A DNA stretch of 62,875 nt, the filler included, from Octopus bimaculoides (lineage: Eukaryota), in NCBI RefSeq assembly GCF_001194135.2. It is 6 parts of 6 records of this genome, joined end to end, with 100 filler letters (N's around TTAATTAATTAA, not from the genome) between each part and the next. Parts side by side here need not be neighbours in the genome. Positions count along the whole stretch, not along the records: positions 30,464 to 42,319 come from NC_068990.1; positions 42,420 to 60,122 come from NC_069001.1; 4 more parts are not named here. One strand, 5' to 3'. The position numbers were made by a program, and so were the translations under genes. The notes under the pieces were generated by a model. The model worked only from the letters and a program-made list of their open reading frames with translations, made no database searches and was not told the origin of the DNA. Each line of letters starts with the position of its first letter. The stretch's first letter is position 1. Of the stretch, positions 37,644-49,989 are shown piece after piece.

Positions 37644-37795
37644 GAACAAAAGTCACGTTAATAAAGTCACAGGAACAAAAGTCACGTTAATAAAGTCACA
37701 GAAAAAAAGTCACAGGTTTTTCCTAGACGGTTTTGTCTGGTTCCCATAAATTAATTGTGACTTTTTTTTTCCTGTGATTTTATAACCGGTCACCC
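37644..37795. mobile_element. Foldback-like element with AAAGTCACAG subrepeats in inverted orientation
   Basis: 29-bp unit x2 (37644, 37673) plus AAAAAAAGTCACAGG, mirrored by TGTGACTTTTTTTTTCCTGTGA at 37756-37777. Confidence 0.55.
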
Positions 37796-39119
37796 GTCTA
37801 GCAACCTTCTAAAGCTCTTGTGCTCAAATGCCTGGATTTTTCGTTCCATAGCATATGTAACAGTTCAGTTTTCACACCCACATAGAAGGATCGAAGTCAC
37901 TAGGGTCTTACACACTCTGAATCTTGTTGGAAAACTAATGAAATTGTTTTTCTATATGCTGCTAATATTATCTCAACCCTAATGTGTTTCTTCACTGCTA
38001 CACTTAACTCTACTGTCGGGCTTTCTGATAAGAAAAGCATTTGAGGTGATCAAAAGCATCTTTTATTTGTTTTATATTGACCGTGTGGGAGTTGATACTT
38101 TTGAGTCACCGTATACTTTGCATAATATATTTTATCGAAACTACAGGAAAGAAAATAATGTCAACGTATAGCAATACTTGAACTCAGAACATTTGGGTAT
38201 CTAATTAGATATTGGAAAGTAGCCACCTTTGAAACATCAGTGCCAAAAATACAGTATTGTAACAAAACGTAAGATTTTCTATAGATTAGTTCGGATTGAA
38301 GCATTTTTGTATTATTCCGCCAACTTACAAAACGTGTCTTGTATTTCGTAAAGAGAAATCAATATTTAAAAATGAAAAAAAAAATGAATGAAATCAATAT
38401 TTGAAGAAGAGAAACCAATATTTGAACGAATTGAAATCTTAGCTAGAATCAGATATTGAAACATATTCTCTCGGGTTTGGGTTTGGCGTTTTAATAAACC
38501 GCTTTTAACATTTACTTTCATGAGAGCAGGGAAATATAATAAAAACAGATTTATGGGTTTTGTCTTTTTTTTTTTAGACACCGCAGCATTTTTTCGCAAT
38601 TTGATTCCTGACGGATCGATTCCATTTAAACCCACCAGCTTGAACAGTCTACTGGTTACGATTTTATTTTTAATCCTGGTGTAAAATAAAAGAAACATAA
38701 TTTTAGTTTGCTTAAGATGTTTAAATTTGCACACGTTGCGGTTGTCTGTTGCTGAGCCGTATGTTAGAATATGTCAGAAACCTGATGCATCAAAGTTAAT
38801 GATACTAACGAACTTATGTTTATTTCATTGTTTTTCTTTTTTGTCTTTCCTTTTTTATTTTATTATTTTTATTTTTTACGGATAGCTCCCAAATTTCTAT
38901 TGAAATAGAGAAGGAACAAATAATGGAATTCTAGAAAACTTTACAAAGTTTCAATAGTTACAGCTAAAATGCCTTTGATCAGGTATCTTCTAGATCAGGT
39001 TTGACCTGGAACAAATTACAGAACAAGAATGGACACTAATGTCTGTCTATGAAGTGAATCTCATAATATAGGCTGTGAAAATTGCATTAAACATTAAAAG
39101 CTATAAACATTGTTGCTTA

Positions 39120-39250
39120 TACAGGGTGTCCACAAGGTCTGGGTACATGGAGTAAACAAAATCATAACATAAACAATTAAATATAAGAAATAATAATTTC
39201 TTAAAGTATGTGTTAATCCTCATGTACCCAGACTGTGTGGACACCCTGTA
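39120..39250. mobile_element. Tc1/mariner-type MITE
   Basis: 28-bp TIRs CAGGGTGTCCACA(AG/CA)GTCTGGGTACATG, 26/28 identical, TA on both sides. Confidence 0.92.
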
Positions 39251-40506
39251 GAATCAATCTTAAATTTTTCAGAAAGAGAAACTGGGACCCGCTAGTGCGA
39301 AGGGTTTTTTTTTCTTCTTTTCTGTTTTTTTTTGTGGTAGGATGCGGTAAAGATACCATTGTAAAGAAACGGCTAAATCTAGGAATGGAAATACGATTAC
39401 AGTAACAGATCTTCAAAATCTTATAATCTCTTCAACATCGATGGCTAAGAAAAGTATTGAAAGAGATAAGCGTAGACGGTTGGTTAAGAAGTACGATTTG
39501 GAAATCATTATGTCCTACCAAGTGACACCTTAAATGCTTTAACCTTAACTGCGAATCAGCCCAGCCCTTTTACCTGAAATTTAATAGGCATAAAATGTGA
39601 GGAAACCTGTTTGCTAGACTGTCCTTGTAATAAACAGGGTACAGTAATAGATAGGGTACCGCGATAAATAGGGTGCAGTACAGGACGTTCTATGTAGTCA
39701 GATGTAAAAGAAATATTGATTCAGTCCGGTAACAGACCACAGAATTACGCCTTTTCCCCAGGGACAAACGCTGGAGCAAGTGCTAGTAACTATTTCCAAC
39801 CCAGCCAGGGTTACGGAATCAAAAACCGATGTGAAAGCTAGAAGTAGTCCACACAGATTCCACAGCTGTGAGATCTAATGATGGCGGCAATAGTTTGCAG
39901 CATCCAGTTGCCATGAATGCTTTGCCATTAGACCAAAATATTTCAGTGTCGAGATCGAGAAGAAATTAATGTGCAATTGCTTCCCCACGTCAAATAAGTA
40001 TGTTTGTATAGTGCTACTTTTTTTTCTGATATTAAACATTAAATTTTTTTTTTTTTTTAAATTTCTATGATTAGTACTAAGAAATATAAATTGTATGCTC
40101 CTGAGAGTTCTGTCTGGTATTAAATTAAAGTCTTCGAATCACTTGACTATTACTCCATTATGAAAATAACTATATAAGAGAGGGAGAGAGTGGGGAGATC
40201 AACTTCACGTTTATAACAAAATTACCAAACTATACATTAAATATCAATAATTCAACAAATATTTTGTAGACGCAATGAAAATATTGTCTTTGTCTGTTAA
40301 CTGTAAGATATAGAACATGATTTTTCCTGAGTTTTGTACATAACAATGTAAAATCTACTTTTGCTATTCGAAACGAAGATAAAGTATTCACCTCGTTGTA
40401 CCCGCATAAAATTAAACATAGATATTCTACACTGAGACATACATACACGCACACATAACGATTTAATATACATACATACATAGATACATACATACATACA
40501 TATATA

Positions 40507-40805
40507 GACGAGGGTCCCAGCTGATACGACCAACGGAACAGCTAGCTCGTGAAATTAATGTGCAAGTGGCTGACCACTCCACAGACACGCGTACCCTTAA
40601 CATAGTTCTCAGGGAAATTCAACGAAACACAGAGTGTGACAAAGTCGGCCCTCTGAAATACAGACACTACTCATTTTGGCCAGCTGAGTGGATTGGAGCA
40701 ACGTGAAATAAAGTGTCTTGTTCAAGGACACAACGCGTCGCCGGGGATCGAGTTCACGACCTTGCGATCGTGAGCTCAACACCTAACCACTAAGCCACGC
40801 ACCTT
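40507..40805 (-). mobile_element. Chimeric SINE: family C-type head and core with family D-type tail
   Basis: The head and core match 1981-2298 and 24467-24783; the tail matches 52103-52280. Confidence 0.8.
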
Positions 40806-40967
40806 CATATATGTATATGTACGTATGGATAGATGTATGTATGAATGTAGCTATGTATGTGTATGCATGTATGTATGTATGCACGCATATATGTACGTAT
40901 ATGCATGTATGTATGTATTATGTATGTATGTATGTATGCATGTATGCATGTATGTATGTATTATGTA

Positions 40968-40997
40968 GGCTCATGAGCGGTTGTGTGGTAAGAAGTT
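40968..40997 (+). mobile_element. SINE family A head, first 30 nt, interrupted
   Basis: GGCTCATGAGCGGTTGTGTGGTAAGAAGTT versus GGCGCAGGAGTGGCTGTGTGGTAAG at 31339; apparently resumes as AAGAAGCTTGCTTCC at 42268. Confidence 0.7.
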
Positions 40998-40998
40998 G

Positions 40999-41933
40999 AC
41001 AAGAGCTTGGGTCTGCGGGTTGCCACCTGGGATAGAACCCGAGTGGATAGAAGACACTATCCGCTGGGGTCTGAGTGACAGCGGGTCCAAGCTGCTTAAT
41101 GTTAAAATATTGCCGGCGGCTGATTGGGTTGGGTCAAAAGCTGTTTTGACACTGTGGACCCAATCAGCTAAAATCTAGTCTTTCCAGATTTTTTTGAAAA
41201 TGGCCGGTTGCAGGCACCCAGTGATACTTGAGGGACACCCCCTCCCAAGTATCACCTGTGCCTGGAACCAGGCCACATTAAAAAGAATTGTCCCCAGGAC
41301 CTGAGAAGGGTCCTAGAAGAGTTGGTTGAGTAAGAGATCCCCCTCCTCCTTCGCAGGGAGAGATGGAGGCAGTCGAGGAGGTGGAGACCTCCCCGAAAGA
41401 AAAAGGGGAAAAAAGGAAGAAGGTGGGAAACAATGTCCCCCCCTCCCCGAAGGACCCCGAAGGACCCCGAAGCTGTAGGAGGGAGGGAAGATCCTTCGGT
41501 TAAAGCAGAGGAAGTACACCCTCCTGTATCAAAGGCGAGAAAAAAGAAGAAAAAGAATGGGCCAGTGCCGGCGATTAGCATTGCATGGAAGCATGTCCTG
41601 AAACCTCGTCGGTGGGTATTTGTGCCACCGACGGAGGAAACTGTGGCCTCTCCCAGTATGATAAATTAGGAATTTGTGATCTTCTTTCTTAAGGTAGGGG
41701 CCGTAGGGAACTTTGTGAGGAATGTGGAAGGTCGGGAAGAGGTGGTCCTGTCCTGCACTGAAAGCCCGGATTGACCTCTGCAGGTGGCTGCGGAGATCAT
41801 GGCGGAAAATGATTTCTGCAGGGTGATAGCCTCCTTTACCAAGGACGAATACAATTTTTTCTTATGGGGCCCCGACTTGCGACTGCAGGCTTGCCTTCAA
41901 GCAACAAGAGACTTAGTCGGGGCGGTAGAGTAA
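40999..41933 (+). pseudogene. Decayed L1/Tx1-type ORF1 (gag-like; RRM-like segment plus CCHC zinc knuckle)
   Basis: TRAWVCGLPPGIEPEWIEDTI..., VILEGHPLP, then a -1 frameshift into K(Y)HLCLEPGHIKKNCP (41247-41294; CX2CX4HX4C with TGT>TAT), a Lys/Pro-rich linker, and a C-terminal segment ending LVGAVE* at 41931-33. Several stops and frameshifts. Confidence 0.75.
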
Positions 41934-42096
41934 GAGGTCTAAGTGCCTCAATTTGAACTTGGTGATTTTGGTAAGAGGCTATGCGCCTCAATTTGAAAGA
42001 ACGATTGAATATTTGCTGAACTTTTGTGAGATTTGATTGGTCAGAGGCTCAGCGTCTCAATTTGTAACTGTTGTAAGAGGTTCAATACCTCATTTG
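41934..42096 (+). other. Array of four GAGGY-N5/6-RYCTC-A(A)TTTG hairpins
   Basis: Stems at 41934/41945, 41975/41985, 42044/42054 and 42077/42087, with compensatory or wobble changes. Confidence 0.8.
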
Positions 42097-42575
42097 TGTT
42101 TTGTTTTTTTTTTAAAGAACAATGTTTTCGGGAACTAGCAATCGGTGGGCGTTGTCTGCTTCCCCCACCAACCATCTCTTTTTTTCATTCCATCATCATC
42201 ATTGTGTCTGCGTCCAGCCCGCAAACTTTCATCTGTATTATGCCTGTATGGCAAATGTAATGAAATAAAGAAGCTTGCTTCCGCGCATGCGTTGGGTTAT
42301 TTGCTGTCTGGATTTTGTANNNNNNNNNNNNNNNNNNNNNNNNNNNNNNNNNNNNNNNNNNNNTTAATTAATTAANNNNNNNNNNNNNNNNNNNNNNNNN
42401 NNNNNNNNNNNNNNNNNNNTATATATATATATATATATATGTTATATATATATATATTATATTTATATATATATGTACATATATATGAATCTCTTTACAT
42501 ACATACATACATACATATGAACACACACACACACATATGCATGCATGCATACATACACACACATTATATATCCAT

Positions 42576-42626
<51 letters not shown>

Positions 42627-42721
42627 TCGAGAGAAACACTGTTAAGGTCAGACTGTGTTGTGTGTTTACATTTCGTTCAAGTTGAATGACAACTGGAGGT
42701 GAGGAAGATACAGTAAACACG

Positions 42722-42722
42722 T

Positions 42723-42754
<32 letters not shown>

Positions 42755-43380
42755 GAAGAAGGAGAGAGACAAGGAAGTAATGGGAATGATAGAGAAAGAA
42801 GACGAGAAGAAAAAATAGAGGATGGAGTGAATTGATTTAGAGATAGATAGATAGATAGATAGATAGAATGGCTGGATGGATGGATTAAAAGGTAGACAGA
42901 CAGAATTAGGATGTAAGAGGAAGTATAGAGACCTGGAGAAGGACGATGGGGCGAGAACAGGAAGTGGGGGATGAGGAGAGAAAGATAAACCACTGATCGA
43001 TCGATCAATATAGGTAGGTTGGGAGATTGAAGGAAAATGAGAGGAATGGGTGGAGGTATTGATGTAGAAAGAGAGGGGAGGATAGAGAGGAAGGTGGGGG
43101 AAAAGAGTGATAGAAAAGGAAAGAGGAAGGGGAGAGCCAGATGGAGTTATTTGTTGGAGGGAGGATAATATGGGGAAAGAATGATGGTATTATAGAAAGA
43201 GAGAGAGAGAGAGAGGAGGGAGTAAAGGGTAATATAAAGAAACTATGAGAGAGAGAGAGAGAGAGGGGGACAGAGAAGGTAGAAAGATTAAGAGAGAAAC
43301 GTAGAGGGAGGTGAAGCGATAGAAAGAACGAAAAGACGAAAGAAGAATCATTATAAAATCAGAGAAAGAGAAAGATAAAC
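42722..43380. repeat. GA-rich low-complexity tract
   Basis: Strong purine bias on the plus strand; (GA)n and (GATA)n. Confidence 0.85.
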
Positions 43381-44059
43381 AATATAGAAATAGTGTGTAT
43401 ACATACACACGTATATACGGTGTTTGTATATGATTTTATAAACATGTATGGTTAATATTATATATTCGTGTATGTGTATACACACACACGTATATATGCA
43501 GACACAGAAAAACCACGCAAAAATATGCACTTATATAACACATGTATTTGTATATACGTTTATCTATATACACACGCACACACCAATATGTGCTGAAGAG
43601 AAAAACAATTTTAATTCCACAGCACAACAACGATATGGAATATATAAATATTTACAAATGTTTAGACATACATAAACGTATATTCACCATACTATNNNNN
43701 NNNNNATATAAACACGTATTATACATACATATATAGATATATGCACATCTACATACATATGTGTGTATAGGCGTGTGGTAGCGCGTATATAGACATATAA
43801 AACATGCTTTAAATGAATTTATCCCTCTTGAACATATATAAACACGCATACATACACGTGTGTGTACACACACACACATACATATATACATGGATGTATG
43901 TATGTATACACACTTTTGTATACATTCTTCGTTTAATACAAACACAGATGCAATAAATATTGATATACTCCATAAAAACAGACTGGTGGGTAACGTATAA
44001 GTAAATGCATCTATGTGATATGTATACATCCACGCAGACACATATGTCTGTGTGAGTGC

Positions 44060-44134
<75 letters not shown>

Positions 44135-44291
44135 AAATGAGGGCAGGGAATCGTCAATTAATAATAGAATTAATAGTTAACAATTTTGCCAAGTAGTTCA
44201 GTAGTTTGGAATCAGTAGTTCTTTGACTGCTATTTCTAAATTTTCAGTGTGTTGGAGAAGCAACTCAATTGCTAATCCCTTATATTTATGA

Positions 44292-44326
<35 letters not shown>

Positions 44327-44604
44327 GAGACATATCTAACCGTAACTATCTATCTATCTATCTATCTAATATGTATGCATATACACAAGATACGCGGTTT
44401 TAACAGACACAAACACATATTTATACATACAAACATACATGCCTACAAATATATATACCTACGTACCTCCTAAATACATACACACATTCATGTGCACTGA
44501 CTATAAATATATCAAAATTTCAATGTAATGATAAATGTATATATGCGAATCTAACTGTACACATAATCACAACACGCACCAAAGGTACGCGCGCTAACAT
44601 ATCC

Positions 44605-44716
44605 ATCTATCTATCTATCCATCCATCCATCCATCCATCCATCTACCCATCTATCTATCTATCCATCCATCTACCCATCCATCCATCTATCTATCTATCT
44701 ATCTACCCATCCATCC

Positions 44717-44795
<79 letters not shown>

Positions 44796-44810
44796 CATCC
44801 ATCCATCTAT
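44605..44810. repeat. (ATCT)n/(ATCC)n tetranucleotide array
   Basis: Direct reading. Confidence 0.95.
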
Positions 44811-45070
44811 CTATACTCATGTTCTGCGTGTATGTTGTCTACACATATATGCAGTATACATTCATATAAACAGAACCCAATATATATATATATATATATA
44901 TATAGTCCTAAAACAATACATACATTCCCACCCACGTACAGATATATTTAATTATAGTCAAAACACATTCTCCATGTAGATAGAAATATATACACTCTTA
45001 AGACGTAGATATAGATATAAATAGACATGAAACACTATAAACATAACGGATACTCAAACACCGACGTATA

Positions 45071-45102
<32 letters not shown>

Positions 45103-45116
45103 ATACACACACACAA

Positions 45117-45157
<41 letters not shown>

Positions 45158-45335
45158 CACACATAATCATACTGTGTGTATATACATAGGTGATACATAA
45201 ATATGTGATGAGTGTATATACAAAGAAATGAGTGTGGCAGTATGTATACATAATACTAACCATAATAGATTATGTATTAGATATAATATAATTAAGGATA
45301 AATGCATACACACGTGTATGTATGTATGTATATAA

Positions 45336-45375
<40 letters not shown>

Positions 45376-46495
45376 GGACACATTGATACATATACATATA
45401 TAGTATTATATCTTGTGTGTGTATATATATATACATATATATGTTGTTATGTTTTCACAACGCTCATCAAATATCAAGTGTTTGTGTATATATATATATA
45501 ATCTCTCTTTCTCCTTCTCTCTCTCTCTCTATATATATATGTGTGTGTGTGTGTGTATTCTCATATCTCTGCTTCTATATGAATAAACATAGAAATATAT
45601 AATATAATATAATATAATATAATATAATATAGATACCTTGAATTTCCATCGGAGAAGAGAAGAGTGAAGAGAGAGTGAGAGACAAAAAGAAAGAAGGTGA
45701 GTGTTGTGGGCCAAAATGAAATCCTGTATCCTCTCTGGCACTTGTACTCCTGTTTCGAAGGGGCAGGGGTGTTCTTTGAGACTTACTCCCGTCTACATCC
45801 AGCAGGGGTTGTATATAGTAGGTGTGACTTCTCTAGTGGTGACAGGTGACAGGCAGGTAGTATGATATAGATCGAGAGAGAGAGTGAGAAGGAGAGAGGC
45901 AGATAGAGAGAAGAGTGTGTGTGTGTGTGTGTGTGTGCGCGAGAGAGAGAATAAGGAACAGAGTGAGTGAATTGGCGCGGGAGTGAGTGAGACTAAAGCG
46001 AAACGGTGGATAGAACATGAGAGTGACAGAGAGTGGGAGGGATGATATAGGCTTAAGTGGGAGTAAGAGAGAGAGGGAGTGGGAGGAAGCGAGAGTGTGT
46101 GAGAGAAATACAGATATAAAGAAGGGATGTGAGAGAGGGAGAGAGAGAGATAGAGTGGATTAGTGAGGGAACGAAGGAATGGTGAAGACTTAAGTGAAAC
46201 TGGATGGAGCAAGCGAGAAAGCGAGAGACAGACAGAAAGACAGAGAGAGGGGGGAAGATAGAGAGAGATAGACAAATAGAGAGGGGAAGAGTCAGAGAGC
46301 GGGGGTAAGAGAGAAAGAGAGAAGAAAAGAAGGGGGTTAGTTTGCGTGCGTATGTGTGTGTGTATGTGTGAGTGTGTGTTTGTGTTTATGTATCTGAAAT
46401 AGAGAGAGAGAGAGAGAGAGTGAATGATATTCAAAAGAGACAGAAAGACGGAGAGAGAAAGATAGACCAGACACAGAGAGGAAGAAAATCAAAGG

Positions 46496-46533
<38 letters not shown>

Positions 46534-46553
46534 AGGAGTGGGCGCATAATATA

Positions 46554-46671
46554 TATTTCTTTATTGCCCACAAGGGGCTAAACACAGAGGGGACAAACAA
46601 GGACAGACGAAGGGATTAAGTCGATTACTTCGACTCCAGTGCGTAACTGGTACTTATTTAATCGACCCCGA
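46554..46671 (-). mobile_element. SINE family F, 3' half
   Basis: TATTTCTTTATTGCCCACAAGGGG...CCAGTGCGTAACTGGTACTTATTTAATCGACCCCGA. Confidence 0.85.
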
Positions 46672-46960
46672 TTAAATAAGTATAATATAGTAAGAAATAT
46701 TGTGCCGATACGCTTATGTTTGTGTACGTGCTATTTTGTGTGTGTGTGTGTGCATGTGTACATGTATGCGGTATTGTAAATATTGGCGATATAAGGCGAA
46801 CACACGCACACAGAGGGGGGGAGGAGAAAACTGATAGATAGAGCGAGTGTATAAGTTAAAGAGAGAGAGACAGACAGACAGGGTAAGTAATGTAAATGGG
46901 GAAGAATAAATAGTTAAAGTGAATCAATGAGTAAGGGATATTAGATAGACAGAAACAGAA

Positions 46961-47064
46961 ACAGAGGAAGAAAGATAGACAGATAAACAGAGGAAGAAAG
47001 ATAGACAGATAAACAGAGGAAGAAAGATAGACAAATAAGCAGAGGAAGAAAGATAGACAGATAA
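46961..47064. repeat. 26-bp minisatellite x4 (ACAGAGGAAGAAAGATAGACAGATAA)
   Basis: Units start at 46961, 46987, 47013 and 47039. Confidence 0.9.
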
Positions 47065-47324
47065 ACACAGAGAGAGAGTGAGTGTGTAAGATAGATAGAA
47101 AGAGGGAAGAGGAGAGATAGACAGAAGTAAAAAGAGATAAAGAGAGAGAGAGAGAGAGAGAGAGGTAAGGTATTTTCGCTAATTCCAAGAGACATGATCT
47201 CGCTCAACGAACGTTATCAAAAACCACTGACATGGAAATAACATCGACACCATCAGCATTGCATGACCATCACAGCATCCCCACCACCGCCGTCAGCATC
47301 AACACTCTGTTACTGTCCACCATC

Positions 47325-47333
47325 ACGATCGTC

Positions 47334-47370
<37 letters not shown>

Positions 47371-47433
47371 CCATCATCATCATCACAACTACCATCACCA
47401 TCATCATCATCATCATCCTCCTCATCATCATCC

Positions 47434-47469
<36 letters not shown>

Positions 47470-47501
47470 CAACTACCATCACCATCATCATCGCCATCAT
47501 C

Positions 47502-47559
<58 letters not shown>
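47325..47559. repeat. (CAT)n microsatellite
   Basis: Direct reading. Confidence 0.95.
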
Positions 47560-48035
47560 NNNNNNNNNNNNNNNNNNNNNNNNNNNNNNNNNNNNNNNNN
47601 NNNNNNNNNNNNNNNNNNNNNNNNNNNNNNNNNNNNNNNNNNNTATATATATATATAAAATATATATATATATAAAATATATATATATATAAACATGTGC
47701 GTGTATGCTTGTGTATGTATGAATGTCTATGTATGTATGTATGTATATATGTATGAATTTCTATGTATGTATGTATGTATGTATGTATGCGGAAACGAAA
47801 GAATTGACAAGTCAATACATTGTGTATGTACATTTCTTAGCTAACAGCTGAGCATTCACTCCATTCTTACTTGCAGTTTCATATATACACGTGTCTTTAT
47901 ACACACGTGATCAAGCTGAAAAATTCCTGATTCTTTACATACATACATACATACATACATAGAAATACATACACACATTAACACACATATATACACACGC
48001 ACAAATGTACATAGATGTATGTATGTATGTATGTA

Positions 48036-48098
<63 letters not shown>

Positions 48099-48299
48099 TA
48101 TATATAACAACAAATGTATTTGGACTTAAACAGCTTTTGTTCACCTAATCGACATGTTTAATACTGAGAGTGCACAACAAACAACAAGTAGTCGGTGCTA
48201 TGACTATATGACTAAGTTAATTATACACACATAGACACACACACTCTCTGTCCCTATATATTANNNNNNNNNNNNNNNNNNNNNNNNNNNNNNNNNNNN

Positions 48300-48344
<45 letters not shown>

Positions 48345-48539
48345 TACATATATATATGTGTGTGTGTGTGTGTGTTTATGCGTGCTTGAGTGTTTGCGCG
48401 AGTATGCATGTGTGAGTGTGAATGTGTACGTATGTGAGTGTGCGTGTGTGAATGTGTGTGTATGGCAAGAGAAATCACCTCCTCAACCCCTACCTCTGAG
48501 GGCAGGTAGAGCTGACTAGTCAAGTCACAGTCCCCTCCT

Positions 48540-49253
48540 CTTGCTTTTCACTCAAACTCAGTCACACTCTTTCACTTTCACTTTCACTTTCACTATATCA
48601 CACGCACTCATCTCTATGCGGCTTCTCCCCCGTTCATCGCTTTTCTTTTTCTTTCTGTCTCTTATCTCCCTCCCTCTTTTTGTCTATTTTTCTTTTCTCT
48701 CTTTCTTTTATTCTATTCTCCCCTCACATACGTGTTAGACTTTCTCTTTCTCCTCCACTCCTACCCCTTTTTTTTTCTTTCTCTCCTTCTCCCTCCCTCT
48801 TTTTTTGTTTTTGTATCTATTCCTCTGATCGCCTTACTCCTTTAGACATTTCTTTCTTTATCTTATCTCCCTGTGTGTCTGTGTATGTGTCTGTATATGT
48901 GTGTGTGTGTTTGTGCGTCCCTCTCTCTCTCTCTAGGATTGTCCCCTCCCTCACAAACGTGTTATACTCTCTTGCGCCTTCTCTGTCACTCTCACAACTC
49001 CCGGTCCGCTGCACTTCGGTAACTTTCTTCTCCTTCACATCTCTGTCTTTCTTTATCTCTCTATCTATTCTCTCTCTCTTTATCTCTCTCTCTCTATCTC
49101 CCTATCTTTTTCTTTATCTCTCTCTTTATTTATCCCTTTGTCGCACTCGAATCTCTCCGTTAGTCTCTTCTTTCTGTTTCTCTTTTCCTTTCCATCACAA
49201 AATTTCCTTCCAAATCCTTCTTTCATTTACTCTTTTCTTCACATGTTCATTCC

Positions 49254-49303
<50 letters not shown>

Positions 49304-49370
49304 GTTTACCTATCTCTCAAATCTATCTATCTGTCTATTTATCTATCTGTCTATTTATCTATCTATCTAC

Positions 49371-49408
<38 letters not shown>

Positions 49409-49980
49409 GCCTGTCTGTCTATTTCTCTTTCTTTCTTTCTTTCCTTCTCTCTCCCTTTCCCCCTCTCTCCTTCTAACTCTGATATTCTGCTCACACTTCG
49501 CCCACTCCTTTCTCCACTCCTCCTCCTCCTACTCTCGTGTCGTCTGCTTTACCACTCACTCACTTCGTTCGCCTCGCAATCAGGCTGTCCCTTTCCTTCT
49601 CTCTCTGTTTCTCTCTCTCTCACTCACTCTCTTTGAATCCCTCTCCTTCATTCACTCTCTCCTTATTGCTTTTCCTCACTAACTCCCATCTGTGTCTCAC
49701 TTACTCTCTTAATCAATCTCAAACTCATTTACTCTTTCATTCTCTCATTCTTGCACTTCCTTCTCGGCCTCGGCTTACAGTATGGCTTATACTCCACCTC
49801 AGTCGTCTGCTTTACTTGTTTCCATATACTTGTACAAGTAATCACTCTCACTCTCTCGCTCTCCCTCCCGCTCTCCCTATCTCTTACACATTCCTCCTCA
49901 TTGACTCCATTCGCCCTTCCATATCTCCCCCTCATGCATGTTACACTCAGCTGTACATTATTAGCTCATTCTCTCCATCA
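48540..49980. repeat. CT-rich low-complexity tract including (TATC)n
   Basis: Strong pyrimidine bias; explains the L/S/F-rich ORFs. Confidence 0.85.
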
Positions 49981-49989
49981 AATAGACGT

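Noticed and set aside
41931-42096. Repeat-spacer appearance suggesting a CRISPR array
   Set aside because: Eukaryotic context, units vary internally, spacer lengths are very unequal, no cas genes; kept instead as an RNA hairpin array.
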